DNA of 52,195 nucleotides from Candidatus Poribacteria bacterium (GTDB lineage Bacteria; Poribacteria; WGA-4E; UBA9662), in NCBI GenBank assembly GCA_046582655.1, contig JAYGDX010000367.1, forward strand, positions 1 through 52,195, in the 5' to 3' direction. Positions 1 through 10,844 of this stretch are shown here, piece by piece. Below the pieces are notes generated by a model. It searched no databases. It saw nothing but the letters and a program-made list of their open reading frames with translations, and was not told where the DNA came from. Within the stretch, counting starts at the first letter, position 1. Each line of letters begins with the position of its first letter. The translations under genes were made by a program, and so were the position numbers.

Positions 1-603
1 GAAAAATGAACTGACGCGAATTGCCAGCGTAACGGAACATAACGGCATGAATCTTCTTAACGGTACATATCAGACAGGCACTGGCGAAGCCGAACCGGTG
101 TCGCTGGCCAACAATCAGAACAGTCTAGCTGCCGAGGCCTATAACCAAGATCAGCCCGGTATAGATCCTGGAAGTGCCACTCCAGCCGACGACCAAAGAG
201 GTCACTGGCGTATCCAGATTGGTGCCGATAACGATGTCGATAGCCAGCACGAATTCAGCATAATGAACGCCACTGATGTGGGATTGGAGACATCAAGGAT
301 AACGACGTGCTGACGGTGGATAAGGCCAGAACAGCAGTCACCGCCTTGGATGATGCCATAGATGAAGTTAACCGGGAACGCAGTTATATCGGTTCGGAAC
401 AGAACAAACTGCAGTTTACCATGTCCAACTTGAGCAACACCATCAATAGCATAGAAACAGCCCGTTCCAACATAGAAGACGTGGACTATGCCTTAGAAAT
501 GTCGGAATTGACCAAGAACCAGATATTGGTGCAATCAGGTCCGATCATGTTAGCTCAAGCCAATATAGTATCGCAGAACATCCTGCAACTGCTGAGTAAC
601 TAG
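1..603 (+). pseudogene. fliC: Flagellin, 5'-truncated by the window edge and split by a frameshift near 285-310
   Basis: Frame +2 from base 2 reads KNELTRIASVTEHNGMNLLNG (end of the flagellin N-terminal domain) and later RIQIGADN. Frame +1 (289-603) reads DIKDNDVLTVDKARTAVTALDDAIDEVNRERSYIGSEQNKL...RSNIEDVDYALEMSELTKNQILVQSGPIMLAQANIVSQNILQLL (flagellin C-terminal domain). The frames join at GGATTGGAGACATC (281-294). Confidence 0.85.
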
Positions 604-690
604 ATTTTAGTATCACTTGTTGTCGTAGCAGCTGTTTTGTCAACTCCTACTAGACGAGACGGTGTTTTCTCCTAATATGTTGTTGTGTAG

Positions 691-726
691 AAAAGAGACC
701 TGTTACCCAAACAGGTCTCTTTTTTT
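691..726. terminator. Intrinsic terminator, probably bidirectional, downstream of flagellin
   Basis: Perfect inverted repeat AAAAGAGACCTGTT-accca-AACAGGTCTCTTTT followed by more T residues; A-tract on the left, T-tract on the right. Confidence 0.85.
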
Positions 727-752
727 GTTTCTTGATATGCAGGTTACGATAC

Positions 753-781
753 TTGCCATATCCCTCCTTAAAAGGTAAGAT
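753..781 (+). promoter_or_regulatory. Putative sigma70 promoter of the sulfatase
   Basis: TTGCCA (753-758), 17-nt spacer, TAAGAT (776-781), about 80 nt upstream of the start. Confidence 0.5.
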
Positions 782-862
782 GATGAATTGAGCCAAGCAT
801 TTTCACCTAATCTTCCAGGGATTTAAGTGTTATATATCGAGTGAATTTGGTAGCAAGGAATA

Positions 863-2248
863 GTGATGAATCATGATCTGGAATTGCAGCCCCAGCGGAA
901 TCCCAACATAATCTGGATTTTTGGTGACCAGCATAGAGCACAGGCGCTAAGCTATCGTGGGAATCCCAACGTATATACACCTAACATTGATAACTTGGCT
1001 CGTAGCGGCATGCGGTTTGACAGTGCTGTAGCTGGAGCACCCTGGTGTACCCCTTTTCGCGGTGCGCTGCTGACCGGTATGTACCCGCATCAAAATGGGG
1101 CGGATCGAACACCGTCTCAACTATCTCCTTCCCTTCCTACTATAGCTGAACCATTCAACCAGGCCGGTTACCATACCGCTTATATTGGCAAATGGCACCT
1201 GGATGGTTCTAACAACCGGGAACACTATGTCCCACCCCAGCGCAGAGGTGGTTTTCAACACTGGATGGGCTATGAGAATAACAACAATCAGAACGAATGT
1301 TACGCCTATGGCCATGAAAGTGAAGAACCGATTCGTTTGTCGGGATATGAAACAGATTCATTGACTGACATGCTGATCCAGCATTTGGGAGATCATGTTG
1401 GAACGGATGCGGATTATCAACCGTTCCTAGCTGTCCTATCGGTGCAACCACCCCATGATCCTTATACCTCGCCAATCAATCCAGAATACAATCAGATACG
1501 CATTCATCCCAAAGACATCAAGTTCCGAAGTAACGTTCCCAATGTGCCTTGGATTCGAGAAAAAGCTGAACTTGATTTGGCTGGCTATTACAGGATGATT
1601 GAAAATCTAGACTACAATGTAGGCCGTATCAGTCAAGCGTTGAAGAAGATGGGGGTTGACCGAGAAACCTACCTGGTCTTTTTTTCTGACCACGGCGATA
1701 TGCTTGGCAGCCATGCTCAGTGGGGCAAATCCAGTCCGTGGGAGGAGTCTATCCGCATTCCGTTTATTATTGCCAAGGTGGGAGGAAGATATGGCATGAA
1801 GGTTGGGCGCACTGAAGCGGTTATCAACCATGTTGATATTGCTCCGACAACACTGGGTCTTTGTGGTATTCCTGTCCCCTCAGGTATGGTGGGATACGAT
1901 TACTCGGCACATTGTATTCATCCTGATGCACCGGAGTACAAAGGGCCACCAAAAACCAATAAAGAGCCGGCATCCGCTTACCTGCAACAGATTCCGCGTA
2001 AGTTCCACCGACATTCAGTCAACAAGGCTTGGCGCGGTGTGATTACCAGAGACGGGTGGAAATACGTTTGCACTCCTGGTAACGACTGGTTGTTATTCAA
2101 TACTGCTGAAGACCCCTACGAGCAAGCCAACTATGTCTACGATAGGTCTTACCAGAAACCAAAAGAATATTGTCACAATCTGCTGGCTAGCTGGGTTGAG
2201 GAGACCGGTGACAGTTTTCAATTGCCGGATATTCAATTGCCACAATGA
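863..2248 (+). CDS. Sulfatase (family S1, Cys-type, formylglycine-dependent)
   Basis: PNIIWIFGDQHR, CTPFRGALLTGMYP (CxPxR signature), GKWHL, PPHDP, FFSDHGDMLGSH. AAGGA RBS; start may be ATG 866. Confidence 0.93.
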   Translation: MMNHDLELQPQRNPNIIWIFGDQHRAQALSYRGNPNVYTPNIDNLARSGMRFDSAVAGAPWCTPFRGALLTGMYPHQNGADRTPSQLSPSLPTIAEPFNQAGYHTAYIGKWHLDGSNNREHYVPPQRRGGFQHWMGYENNNNQNECYAYGHESEEPIRLSGYETDSLTDMLIQHLGDHVGTDADYQPFLAVLSVQPPHDPYTSPINPEYNQIRIHPKDIKFRSNVPNVPWIREKAELDLAGYYRMIENLDYNVGRISQALKKMGVDRETYLVFFSDHGDMLGSHAQWGKSSPWEESIRIPFIIAKVGGRYGMKVGRTEAVINHVDIAPTTLGLCGIPVPSGMVGYDYSAHCIHPDAPEYKGPPKTNKEPASAYLQQIPRKFHRHSVNKAWRGVITRDGWKYVCTPGNDWLLFNTAEDPYEQANYVYDRSYQKPKEYCHNLLASWVEETGDSFQLPDIQLPQ

Positions 2249-2256
2249 GATGGTGG

Positions 2257-4711
2257 TCAAATACCCAGGCGATTACGTCTCAGAATCTCTTCCGTGGTCT
2301 GCAGAGTCGTTACCTTATGACCGGGAATTGGCAGAATTCGCTCATGAATAGTGTCAATAATCCAGTCTTTCTGTGGAAAAAATGATTCTTCTAACTCAGC
2401 AGCCGGTGTAATCCAATTTCGGGAACCAACCACGCTAACAAGGCCATCCAAATAATCGAATGCCAGTTGACTGATATTGGAAGCAAGCGTATGAAGGAAA
2501 GATCCCCGTTCACAAGCATCTGAAGCCAGCAAGATCTTCCCAGTCTTTTTCACCGACTCAACAATTTTGGCATAATTTAGCGGATTAACGAAACGGGCAT
2601 CAATAACTTCTGCAGAAATACCATGCTTTATTTTCAATTCTTCAGCCGCATCCAGCGCCCGATATAAGGTTGCGCCAATAGTGAGGATGGTTATATCTTT
2701 GCCGCTTCTATGGATCATAGGTTCGCCCATCTCTGTCTGGTAATAATCAATCGGCACCCCGCCTTCAACAAGAACTTCCGGTTCAGAATACAGACGTTGA
2801 CTCTCAAAGAAGACGACGGGGTCTGTTCCGCAGAGTGCAAGATTCAGCATTCCTTTTGCATCGTAAGGAGTGACGGGAAACATAACTTTCAGCCCCGGGA
2901 TATGTGCCACGATCGAGCTCCAATCCTGAGAATGTTGCGCACCATACTTGGATCCCACCGAGACACGCAGGACCAGCGGCATCTGCAGCGAATTAGCAGA
3001 CATTGACTGCCACTTTGCCATCTGGTTGAAAATCTCATCCCCAGCTCGTCCCATAAAGTCGCAATACATTAATTCTGCCACCACGCGACCTCCAGAGAGT
3101 GCATAACCAACAGCTGTTCCCACAATGGCAGCTTCGGAAATAGGTGAGTTGAACAATCGATGATAGGGTAAACACTCTGTCAAACCACGGTACACACTGA
3201 ACGCTCCACCCCAATCACGGTTTTCTTCACCATACGCAATCATGGTCGGATCTTCATAAAAACGGTAAACCATGGCTTCAAAGAGCGCTTCAGCATATGT
3301 TAGGCACTGAAGTTTGGGTAATGGTTTTCCACCTTGTAACCCAAAACGGTGTTTTTTCAGAGTTGATTTTAGACGACTCTCTTCTTTAGGAATAAGTACT
3401 TCTGGTTCATCATCCAACATACGTTCCTTATATTGGTCGGAAAACATCATCTTTCCAATAGTATCAACTTGGATGTTTATGCGGGGAGAAGTTTCTAAAC
3501 AACTTGAAGCCCTCAACACCTCTTTCAAACGGTCCTTAATATCTACATCAAAACTTTGCAAACAATCGTCATCTGCGTGACCATTATTTTTTAAGTATGT
3601 TCCGTAACTTATCAGCGCATCCTGCTGTTGCCAGAGATCTATTTCCAATTTATCGCGGTAGGAAGAAGCGTCAGAAGGAGAATGTCCAGAGATACGATAG
3701 GTTATAGTATCTAATAAAACAGGACCCCGTCCTTTTTCCAAGATTTCGCGTTTACGCTCTATTGCGTCTGCTACAGCCAGAGGATTATAGCCGTCTATAG
3801 ATTCCGCATGCATTGCCTCAGGGTTGACGCCTAACCCAACTCGAGCCAGGGTGTCAAATCCCATTGTTTCCCCTTTGGTTTGCCCTCCCATTCCATAAAA
3901 ATTATTCATAAAATTGAAAATGATTGGTGGGTTTCCACCCAAGTCCGAATCCCATAAAGCACGATACTGATCCATGGCAGCAAATGTCATAGCTTCCCAA
4001 ACCGGACCACATCCCATGGAAGCGTCACCGATATTAGCGATGACAATCCCGGGTTTGCGGTTAACCCTTTTAAAGAGAGCTGCCCCTGTGGCAATGTCAG
4101 CGGAACCACCAACAATAGCATTATTAGGCATAACACCAAAGGGAGGAAAAAACGCATGCATCGATCCCCCCATACCTTTATTGAAACCATTTTCCCTGCC
4201 AAAGATCTCGGCCAATGTGCCATAGAGGACATAATTGATGGCAAGATCCTTAATATTACCTTGAGTAAAGGTCTCTACTGTTCTAAGGAGCATTCCATCC
4301 AGATAAGATTCCATAACGCTTATCAATTCATTTTGGTCTAATACATCAATGGCAGAAAAACTTTTGGCCAAAATTTCTCCATGGCTGCGATGAGATCCAA
4401 AAATAAAATCTTCTGGTAAGAGATGATAGCATTGTCCGACAACAGCGGCTTCCTGTCCGATGGAAAGATGTGCTGGACCACGGTGATCGTACTCGATTCC
4501 TGCATAGGCACCTTCTTTCTTGATTTGGTCCAACATGGTTTCAAATTCACGAATGTAGACCATATCCCGGTACATGCGCACCAAGTTTTCTGTGCCGTAT
4601 CTCCGGGTTTCCTGTGCAGGATCCACAGTATAAGCGTTTACAGGTTTCCTGGCTTTTTATAACCGATTTTTGGCGAATATCAGCAGGATGAATGGTAATT
4701 GACTTGGGCAA
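2257..4711 (-). pseudogene. 2-oxoacid/acetoin dehydrogenase E1 alpha-beta fusion (TPP-dependent), frameshifted near the 5' end; long ORF 2257-4626
   Basis: [25 protein letters not shown]...NN TPP motif, TYRISGHS and beta-domain [12 protein letters not shown]. The likely start (TTG 4711 after [28 protein letters not shown]) is out of frame with [12 protein letters not shown], and the main frame has TAA at 4659-4657. Confidence 0.8.
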
Positions 4712-4750
4712 TCTTAATTCTCCTCAACTGCAAAATTCTGTAATCCCCAT

Positions 4751-6112
4751 CTATGTTGGCAAGTAATACAAAGTGTCTTTAAAAATTTCTGATACCGTCG
4801 GATGAGGGAAAATAACATCTTTGATGTCCTGTACCCTAAATTCGTTTTCAATCATGGCAGCTGCGCCATAAATTATTTCTGAACAGGTTGCACCAACCAT
4901 CTGAACGCCCAATAACAAGTCTGTCTGTGCATCTACCACGACTTTACAAATTCCTCTTTTTCCGGAATTTTCCACTAGGAACCGTCCATTAGCATTCATT
5001 GGCAGTTTAGCTGTTTTAACTGAAATCCCCTTATCCTTCGCTTCTGCTTCGGTCATACCTACCCAGGCAGCTTCCGGATTGGTGTAGACTACCCAAGGTA
5101 TTGCATGATAACGCATGCTATCCTGTTCACCAGACATATGCCTGACCGCTACTTCTCCCATGCGGGAAGCGGAATGGGCTAACATCGACGTACCAGTAAC
5201 ATCGCCAACAGCGTAAATATGAGGGACATTGGTTTGCATAACCTGATTGACCTTAATGCCTTGCTGATCAAAGTCAATGTCGATATTTTCCAATCTTAGA
5301 CCTTCAACGTTGGGTTTTCTTCCTACCGATACCAAGACCAGATCGCAGGATATGGTCTTAGATTCCCCGTTTTGACTATAAAAAACACTGTTAGCAGTAA
5401 TACGCTCAACTTTAGATTCGAGATGAAAATTTACTCCTTTGATTGATTTTCGCAACATGCCAGCTAGCTCATTGTCTAAAGGGGAGATAATTTCCGGCAG
5501 TACTTCAATCAGTGACACCTGGACACCCACATTTGAAAAGAAGGACGCAAACTCACATCCAATCGCACCACCGCCGATGACAACTAAATGGTCCGGCAAT
5601 TTATCAACTTCAAGAATTTCCTTACTGGTTACCACTTGCGTTTCGTCCAAGCCGGAGATTGGCGGAAAAACAGGCGAGGCACCGGTTGCGATAATCACAT
5701 TCTCTGCTTGATATTGATCCCCGTTAACTTGGATCGCACGCCGATTGACAAAAGAGGCATCTCCTGTCAGAATATCGACTTGGCGTTGTTTCATTTGGAA
5801 GCCAACACCGTTGCGCAGAGTTTTTATTATCCTTTGTTTGTAGGCCATAGCTTTTGCCAGATCAAAACGTGGATTTTCGACAATTACTCCATAGATGTCT
5901 AAATTGCAAGCTTGGGCAAACAACTTGCCTGAATTGATCAATGTCTTGCTAGGAATGCATCCCGCGTTTAAGCAAACTCCTCCCAGATCTGCCTTTTCAA
6001 CCAACAACACCTTTTTACCCCTCGCTCCGGCTCTTTCGGCTGCGATATATCCTCCTGGGCCAGCACCGATGATAATCAAATCATACAATCTATCTTTTTC
6101 CATTGAAGTCAT
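4751..6112 (-). CDS. lpdA: Dihydrolipoyl dehydrogenase (E3)
   Basis: GAGPGGY FAD motif, redox disulfide GGVCLNAGCIPSK, GGGAIGCE NAD motif, C-terminal HPTVSE. Confidence 0.95.
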   Translation of the reverse strand: MTSMEKDRLYDLIIIGAGPGGYIAAERAGARGKKVLLVEKADLGGVCLNAGCIPSKTLINSGKLFAQACNLDIYGVIVENPRFDLAKAMAYKQRIIKTLRNGVGFQMKQRQVDILTGDASFVNRRAIQVNGDQYQAENVIIATGASPVFPPISGLDETQVVTSKEILEVDKLPDHLVVIGGGAIGCEFASFFSNVGVQVSLIEVLPEIISPLDNELAGMLRKSIKGVNFHLESKVERITANSVFYSQNGESKTISCDLVLVSVGRKPNVEGLRLENIDIDFDQQGIKVNQVMQTNVPHIYAVGDVTGTSMLAHSASRMGEVAVRHMSGEQDSMRYHAIPWVVYTNPEAAWVGMTEAEAKDKGISVKTAKLPMNANGRFLVENSGKRGICKVVVDAQTDLLLGVQMVGATCSEIIYGAAAMIENEFRVQDIKDVIFPHPTVSEIFKDTLYYLPT

Positions 6113-7528
6113 CTATTCCTTGCACTGCGGTATTTTGAATTCCTTATTACTCATTGAAAGATTTTCAGTTATATCAACAACCGAATCAATTTTTGATATC
6201 TGCTGCGAGAACGCACATAGAAAACGAGCGGCAGGAGAATCCTCAACCGTTTGGCGGTTTACAGTTAAAGATAATCCGATGTGAGAAACGAACTCTATCT
6301 TACCATTAACTTCTACAGGTTTTAAATTAATGTTACCTATACCCAAAATCCCAACTTGTGGGACATTCAATATGGGGGTGAAACTCTCGATTCCCAGAGC
6401 TCCCAGATTGGTGACTGTAAACGTACCGCCTATCAAGTCATCCGGAGACACTTCACCCTCCAAACAGGCAAAAGACAAACGCCTGGCTTCCTGAGACATC
6501 TCTTCCAAGCTCAAGTCTTCAGCGTTCTTAATAACTGGTACCAACAAGCCGCGTTCAGTATCTACCGCAAACCCCAAATTCACCTGTTTGGACCAAGAAA
6601 TGGAGTTGTTGGTAAAAAGCGCGTTTAGCTGAGGATAACCAATCAGTACTCTAGATACCAGAAAAAGAATCAGATCGTTAATCGTAATTTGCTGTAACTC
6701 GGAATTTTCCTCCAATCGTTGACAAAGGGATAATAAACTGCGTGCGTCTGCCGAAGCGTTCAAGGTAAATCGAGTTGTTGACCGAACAGAATTTAGCATA
6801 CGTTCAGCAATGATCTTACGTATTCCCTGGAAAGGAATTGCCCGTCTGTGCTTACCAGCAGGAGGCATGGCTTCAGGTAGCGCAATTCCGGACTCCAGAC
6901 CGTCCAGTGTAACCTGGCCACCAATACCCGACCCATATGCAGGTACAATCAAATTCTGTTCTGCGGCTACTGTTCTGGCTAGCGGGGTCACTGGCTGCCG
7001 ATTTAAGAAGGCAAATTGTACATCTTTCTCCATAACCCGACCATTGGGGCCTGTTCCTTGAATGCCCGAGGTATCTATTCCCGACTTTGTTGCCAAAGCT
7101 TCAGCACGCGGAGATATACTGAAATTCAAATCCGATTGTCTTGAAACACCTTCTACCATCGACCAAGAATTGACTGCACGAGATTCTACAGGCACCTCAA
7201 TCCCATTATCAGTGGCAGTAATCCTCTTTACTAGCAGACCGGAATTTCCTGGCCTCATATTCTCAGGTCGAAGATTACTTGCATTTTCGCCCAGTTCGCC
7301 GACAGCTGCGATGTTAGTTAGGGCATGGACCTCATCCCCTGTCTGGAAGAATATTTCCAGAACAGTACCTGATACTGGACTATCTACTTCCAATAGCGCT
7401 TTGTCAGTTTCTACTTCGCAGATTGTCTCCCCTTGAGTGATTTCATCCCCTGCTTTCTTTTTTCAATCAACGATGATACAACTCTCTACTGACTGGCCCA
7501 ATTTGGGCATAATGATCGCGGTTGCCAT
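6113..7528 (-). pseudogene. Dihydrolipoamide acyltransferase (E2) with an in-frame TGA in the lipoyl domain
   Basis: ATG 7528 gives [47 protein letters not shown], in frame with ORF 6113-7393. TGA at 7465-7463 occupies the conserved Trp position. Two E3-binding-like segments (GTGPNGRV, GSGIGGQV). Catalytic DHxxxDG reads NRQTVED. Confidence 0.88.
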
Positions 7529-7749
7529 AGTATATTCTTAACCGAAACTCACAAAATGTGCTTGCGATAAATTGAACACTGTGTAACCTTATAGTGTAAG
7601 TGTTCTAAAAATTACATTTGTGAAGAACAACATAATAATATATCATACATCGACATGTAATCGCATAAGAGGGTATTGGCACAACATGTCAGTGTTTTGA
7701 AATGATATCAATAGGTGAAAAGCGTATAACTAACGAAAGGAATTAACGC

Positions 7750-8937
7750 GTGGCTATTCGAATCGCAATTATCGGTTGTGGTGGTATGTCAGGAGGACAT
7801 CTCAACGCTTACTTAACAATTTATGAATCTGAACCTGAAAAGCTCGAGCTGGTAGCAATGTGCGATGCCGTCAAGGAACGCGCTGAGAATTTTGCTGATC
7901 GTGTAAAAGAAACTACTGGTAAAATGCCAGCAGTTTATGATGATGTAGATGAGATGCTGGCAACAGAAAACCTGGACGGTGCTGATATCTGTACATCCCA
8001 CGCTTACCATCACGTTGCGGCAACTAAATGCTTAAACGCTGGTGTCAATGTGATGGTTGAAAAACCGACGGGAATTACGGTCAAAGCAACACATGCTATT
8101 ATTGAAGCGGCGGCAGCAAACAACAAAATTGCAGCCACAGCAGAGAATATCCGGCGTATGCCGAGCCGACGGACATCCTGGTGGTTGATGAATGAAAAGA
8201 AAATGCTCGGTGAGATGACCACGTTTTATGCACAACATGCTAGTTACCGTGCACCAAGCCCTGAATCCGATTGGCATTGGCGGCTTGATCTGTCACTTGG
8301 TGGTGGAGGTATGGTAATGGACTCCGGCGCCCATTATGGTGATACTATTCGCTATCTATTTGGCGATCCTGACACAGTTTATGGACGCGTGTCTCAAATT
8401 ATAGACCGTAAAGTCACCAAATCCGGTGAACTCGTTCAGGATGAACAAGAAGATACATGGATGGCAACCATTAATTTCAAAAGCGGTGTGACTGGACTTT
8501 GGACTTGCAGCTGGGCTGCTCCGGGGCATGATTTTAATCATGTTATTTATTATGGCACTGAAGGCGCACTTATCGATAGTGGTGACATCTTTCATGGTCC
8601 ATTTGATGAGGCGGAGATCGTACTTAAAGACGGATCTCAGCACAGTATGGAAGACTTGATAGAAGATTATATGTCGAGTCTGGACGAGGAAGAAAAAAAC
8701 CGACTATTCCCGCATGGTTTCACTGATGGAGTGGTTCTGGAATGTTATGATTTCGTTGATGCTATTGAAAATGACCGTCCACCAGAAATTACTGCGGAAA
8801 TGGGGCTTCGAGCAAAATCAATCTGTGAAGCTATCTACGAGTCGAACGCTTGCAATCAAGTTGTTGATTATGAGGCTGTTGTATCCGGTGAAATTGAGGT
8901 TTATCAAAAACCAATAAATGAAAGATGGGATCTATAA
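7750..8937 (+). CDS. Gfo/Idh/MocA family oxidoreductase
   Basis: IAIIGCGGMS Rossmann motif, VMVEKP, GGGMVMDSGAHYGD. Confidence 0.92.
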   Translation: MAIRIAIIGCGGMSGGHLNAYLTIYESEPEKLELVAMCDAVKERAENFADRVKETTGKMPAVYDDVDEMLATENLDGADICTSHAYHHVAATKCLNAGVNVMVEKPTGITVKATHAIIEAAAANNKIAATAENIRRMPSRRTSWWLMNEKKMLGEMTTFYAQHASYRAPSPESDWHWRLDLSLGGGGMVMDSGAHYGDTIRYLFGDPDTVYGRVSQIIDRKVTKSGELVQDEQEDTWMATINFKSGVTGLWTCSWAAPGHDFNHVIYYGTEGALIDSGDIFHGPFDEAEIVLKDGSQHSMEDLIEDYMSSLDEEEKNRLFPHGFTDGVVLECYDFVDAIENDRPPEITAEMGLRAKSICEAIYESNACNQVVDYEAVVSGEIEVYQKPINERWDL

Positions 8938-9023
8938 TCATCACACGTTTAGCTTTACTGGGAAGTTAAGCTAATATTAGGTCATTTTAAAACAGCACCA
9001 ATACTTTTTGTGAGGAAAAACAA

Positions 9024-9749
9024 ATGATTAAATCAGTTTTACTATGGGAAAACCAAAGACGATATATCCGTGAGGCGATTGATGCAGGAGAATTGAAGGG
9101 TGCTATTGTACCAACAGGAAGTACTGAACAACATAATGAGCATCTAGCCATGATTCATGATACCGCTAGTGCCTCACATGTTTCGGAACTGGCAGCAGAA
9201 AAGCTGCGCCCGCAGGTGATTGTCACTACGCCATTGGCCATCGGTGTATCAGAACATTGGATGGATCATAAGGGAACTCTGACGCTCCGGCCTGAAGTGT
9301 TTGGGGAGGTATTATACGATGTTTGTGATAGTTTAAGGCGTCATGGGATTGAAAATGTGCTGATTATCAATGGTCACGCTGGAAACGCAGGGCCCATTCA
9401 ACAACGATTGGAGGATTTTCGTCAGCGTTTAGGTATTAATCTCGCCTTTCATTCATATTGGGAAGCCTACACGAGCGAACTGGTTGAGAAACAGATGGAA
9501 TCTGGCAATTGCCCTGGACATGCTTCAGAATTCGAGACAGCCTTTGCCTTAGCTGCGTTTCCTAATAATGTTGATTGGGAAAACGTGGATTACGATAATG
9601 CCAAACTAACTATCTCCAATCCAGATCGTGCTGAAAATGATCGTGCATACCATCATGAAGCTAAGCTTGCAACAGCCGAGAAGGGTCAGGTGATGATAGA
9701 TGTGGCCGTCGATTGGGTGTCGGAAAAAATGCAAAATATGATTCAATAA
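9024..9749 (+). CDS. Creatininase-family amidohydrolase
   Basis: PTGSTEQHNEHL, INGHAGN, GHASEFET, ATAEKG. Confidence 0.9.
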   Translation: MIKSVLLWENQRRYIREAIDAGELKGAIVPTGSTEQHNEHLAMIHDTASASHVSELAAEKLRPQVIVTTPLAIGVSEHWMDHKGTLTLRPEVFGEVLYDVCDSLRRHGIENVLIINGHAGNAGPIQQRLEDFRQRLGINLAFHSYWEAYTSELVEKQMESGNCPGHASEFETAFALAAFPNNVDWENVDYDNAKLTISNPDRAENDRAYHHEAKLATAEKGQVMIDVAVDWVSEKMQNMIQ

Positions 9750-9810
9750 CCAAGTGTATATATTCGTTCCCAAATAACTAACTTTCTTTAAACGATTTTG
9801 GGAGGTTAAG

Positions 9811-10812
9811 ATGAAGATTACTGATATTGAGGTCATGCAGGTTAAAGCTCCATATCATCAGGGTATCAGTGAACTGATGATACGCCGTAACCTGTATCAG
9901 ATTAATTACGTCTACAGAGTCTATACTGACGAAGGCATAGTCGGTATTGGAGATGATGGCAAGCAACCGGATGAAGTGATCCAAAGGTATATTGGCCGCA
10001 ACCCGTTTGAATTTATAAATGGATCTGCGCCAACACCGCTTCAGCAGGCATTTTATGACATTATGGGGAAGGCACTTGATGTTCCAATGTACCAACTTTT
10101 AGGAGAAAAGGTTCACCATAAAGTTCCAATTGCCTATTGGTCGATCGATATGACGCCTGAAGAATGGGCTAATGAAGCCAAACATGCCTATGCTCTCGGA
10201 TATCGTGTGCATAAGATAAAAGCACGGCCATGGTTTGAAATTGTCGAACAGGTTCAGGCAATTTCAGAAGCTGTGCCTGCCAATTACCAGTTGCGAGTCG
10301 ATGCCAACGATTCTTTCGAAACTCCTGCACAGACTCTTAAGGTGGTTGATCTACTTCAAGAATACAATATTGAGTCTTTTGAAACACCAATTCCTCAGAA
10401 AGATATCGAAGGTTATGTGGAAATTAAGCAACATTGCGATGTGCCGATTACCATCCATTTCGGCAACCCGGACCCAATTGAAGCCATAAAAGCCAATATG
10501 AACGATTCGTTCATTATTGCTTATCCGGATTCTCGTGCCTCGAATGCTAAATATGAGGCGGCGGTCTCGCAGGCTGCTCACTTACCTGTCTGGCTTCAGA
10601 TCGTGGGGCTTGGAGTGACCACTGCCTATGTAACCCATCTCAGCGCTACCATGCCCAATGCTACCATGCCCGCAATTACACTCAGTTGTTTGCGAGAGAA
10701 TGCTCTTGTTAAACCGGCAATTCAAATGGAAGATGGCTACGCAACAGTACCGGAGAGGCCGGGGTTGGGTGTGGAACTGGATGAAGACGCACTTGATAAT
10801 TGCCGAATCTGA
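9811..10812 (+). CDS. Mandelate racemase/muconate lactonizing enzyme (enolase superfamily) protein
   Basis: TDEGIVGIG, AFYDIMGKALDVPMYQLLG, KIK, LRVDAN, FETP, VPERPGLGVELDE. Confidence 0.9.
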   Translation: MKITDIEVMQVKAPYHQGISELMIRRNLYQINYVYRVYTDEGIVGIGDDGKQPDEVIQRYIGRNPFEFINGSAPTPLQQAFYDIMGKALDVPMYQLLGEKVHHKVPIAYWSIDMTPEEWANEAKHAYALGYRVHKIKARPWFEIVEQVQAISEAVPANYQLRVDANDSFETPAQTLKVVDLLQEYNIESFETPIPQKDIEGYVEIKQHCDVPITIHFGNPDPIEAIKANMNDSFIIAYPDSRASNAKYEAAVSQAAHLPVWLQIVGLGVTTAYVTHLSATMPNATMPAITLSCLRENALVKPAIQMEDGYATVPERPGLGVELDEDALDNCRI

Positions 10813-10844
10813 ACCTCTGATAAAAATTCTGAAGAGCAGACCGA

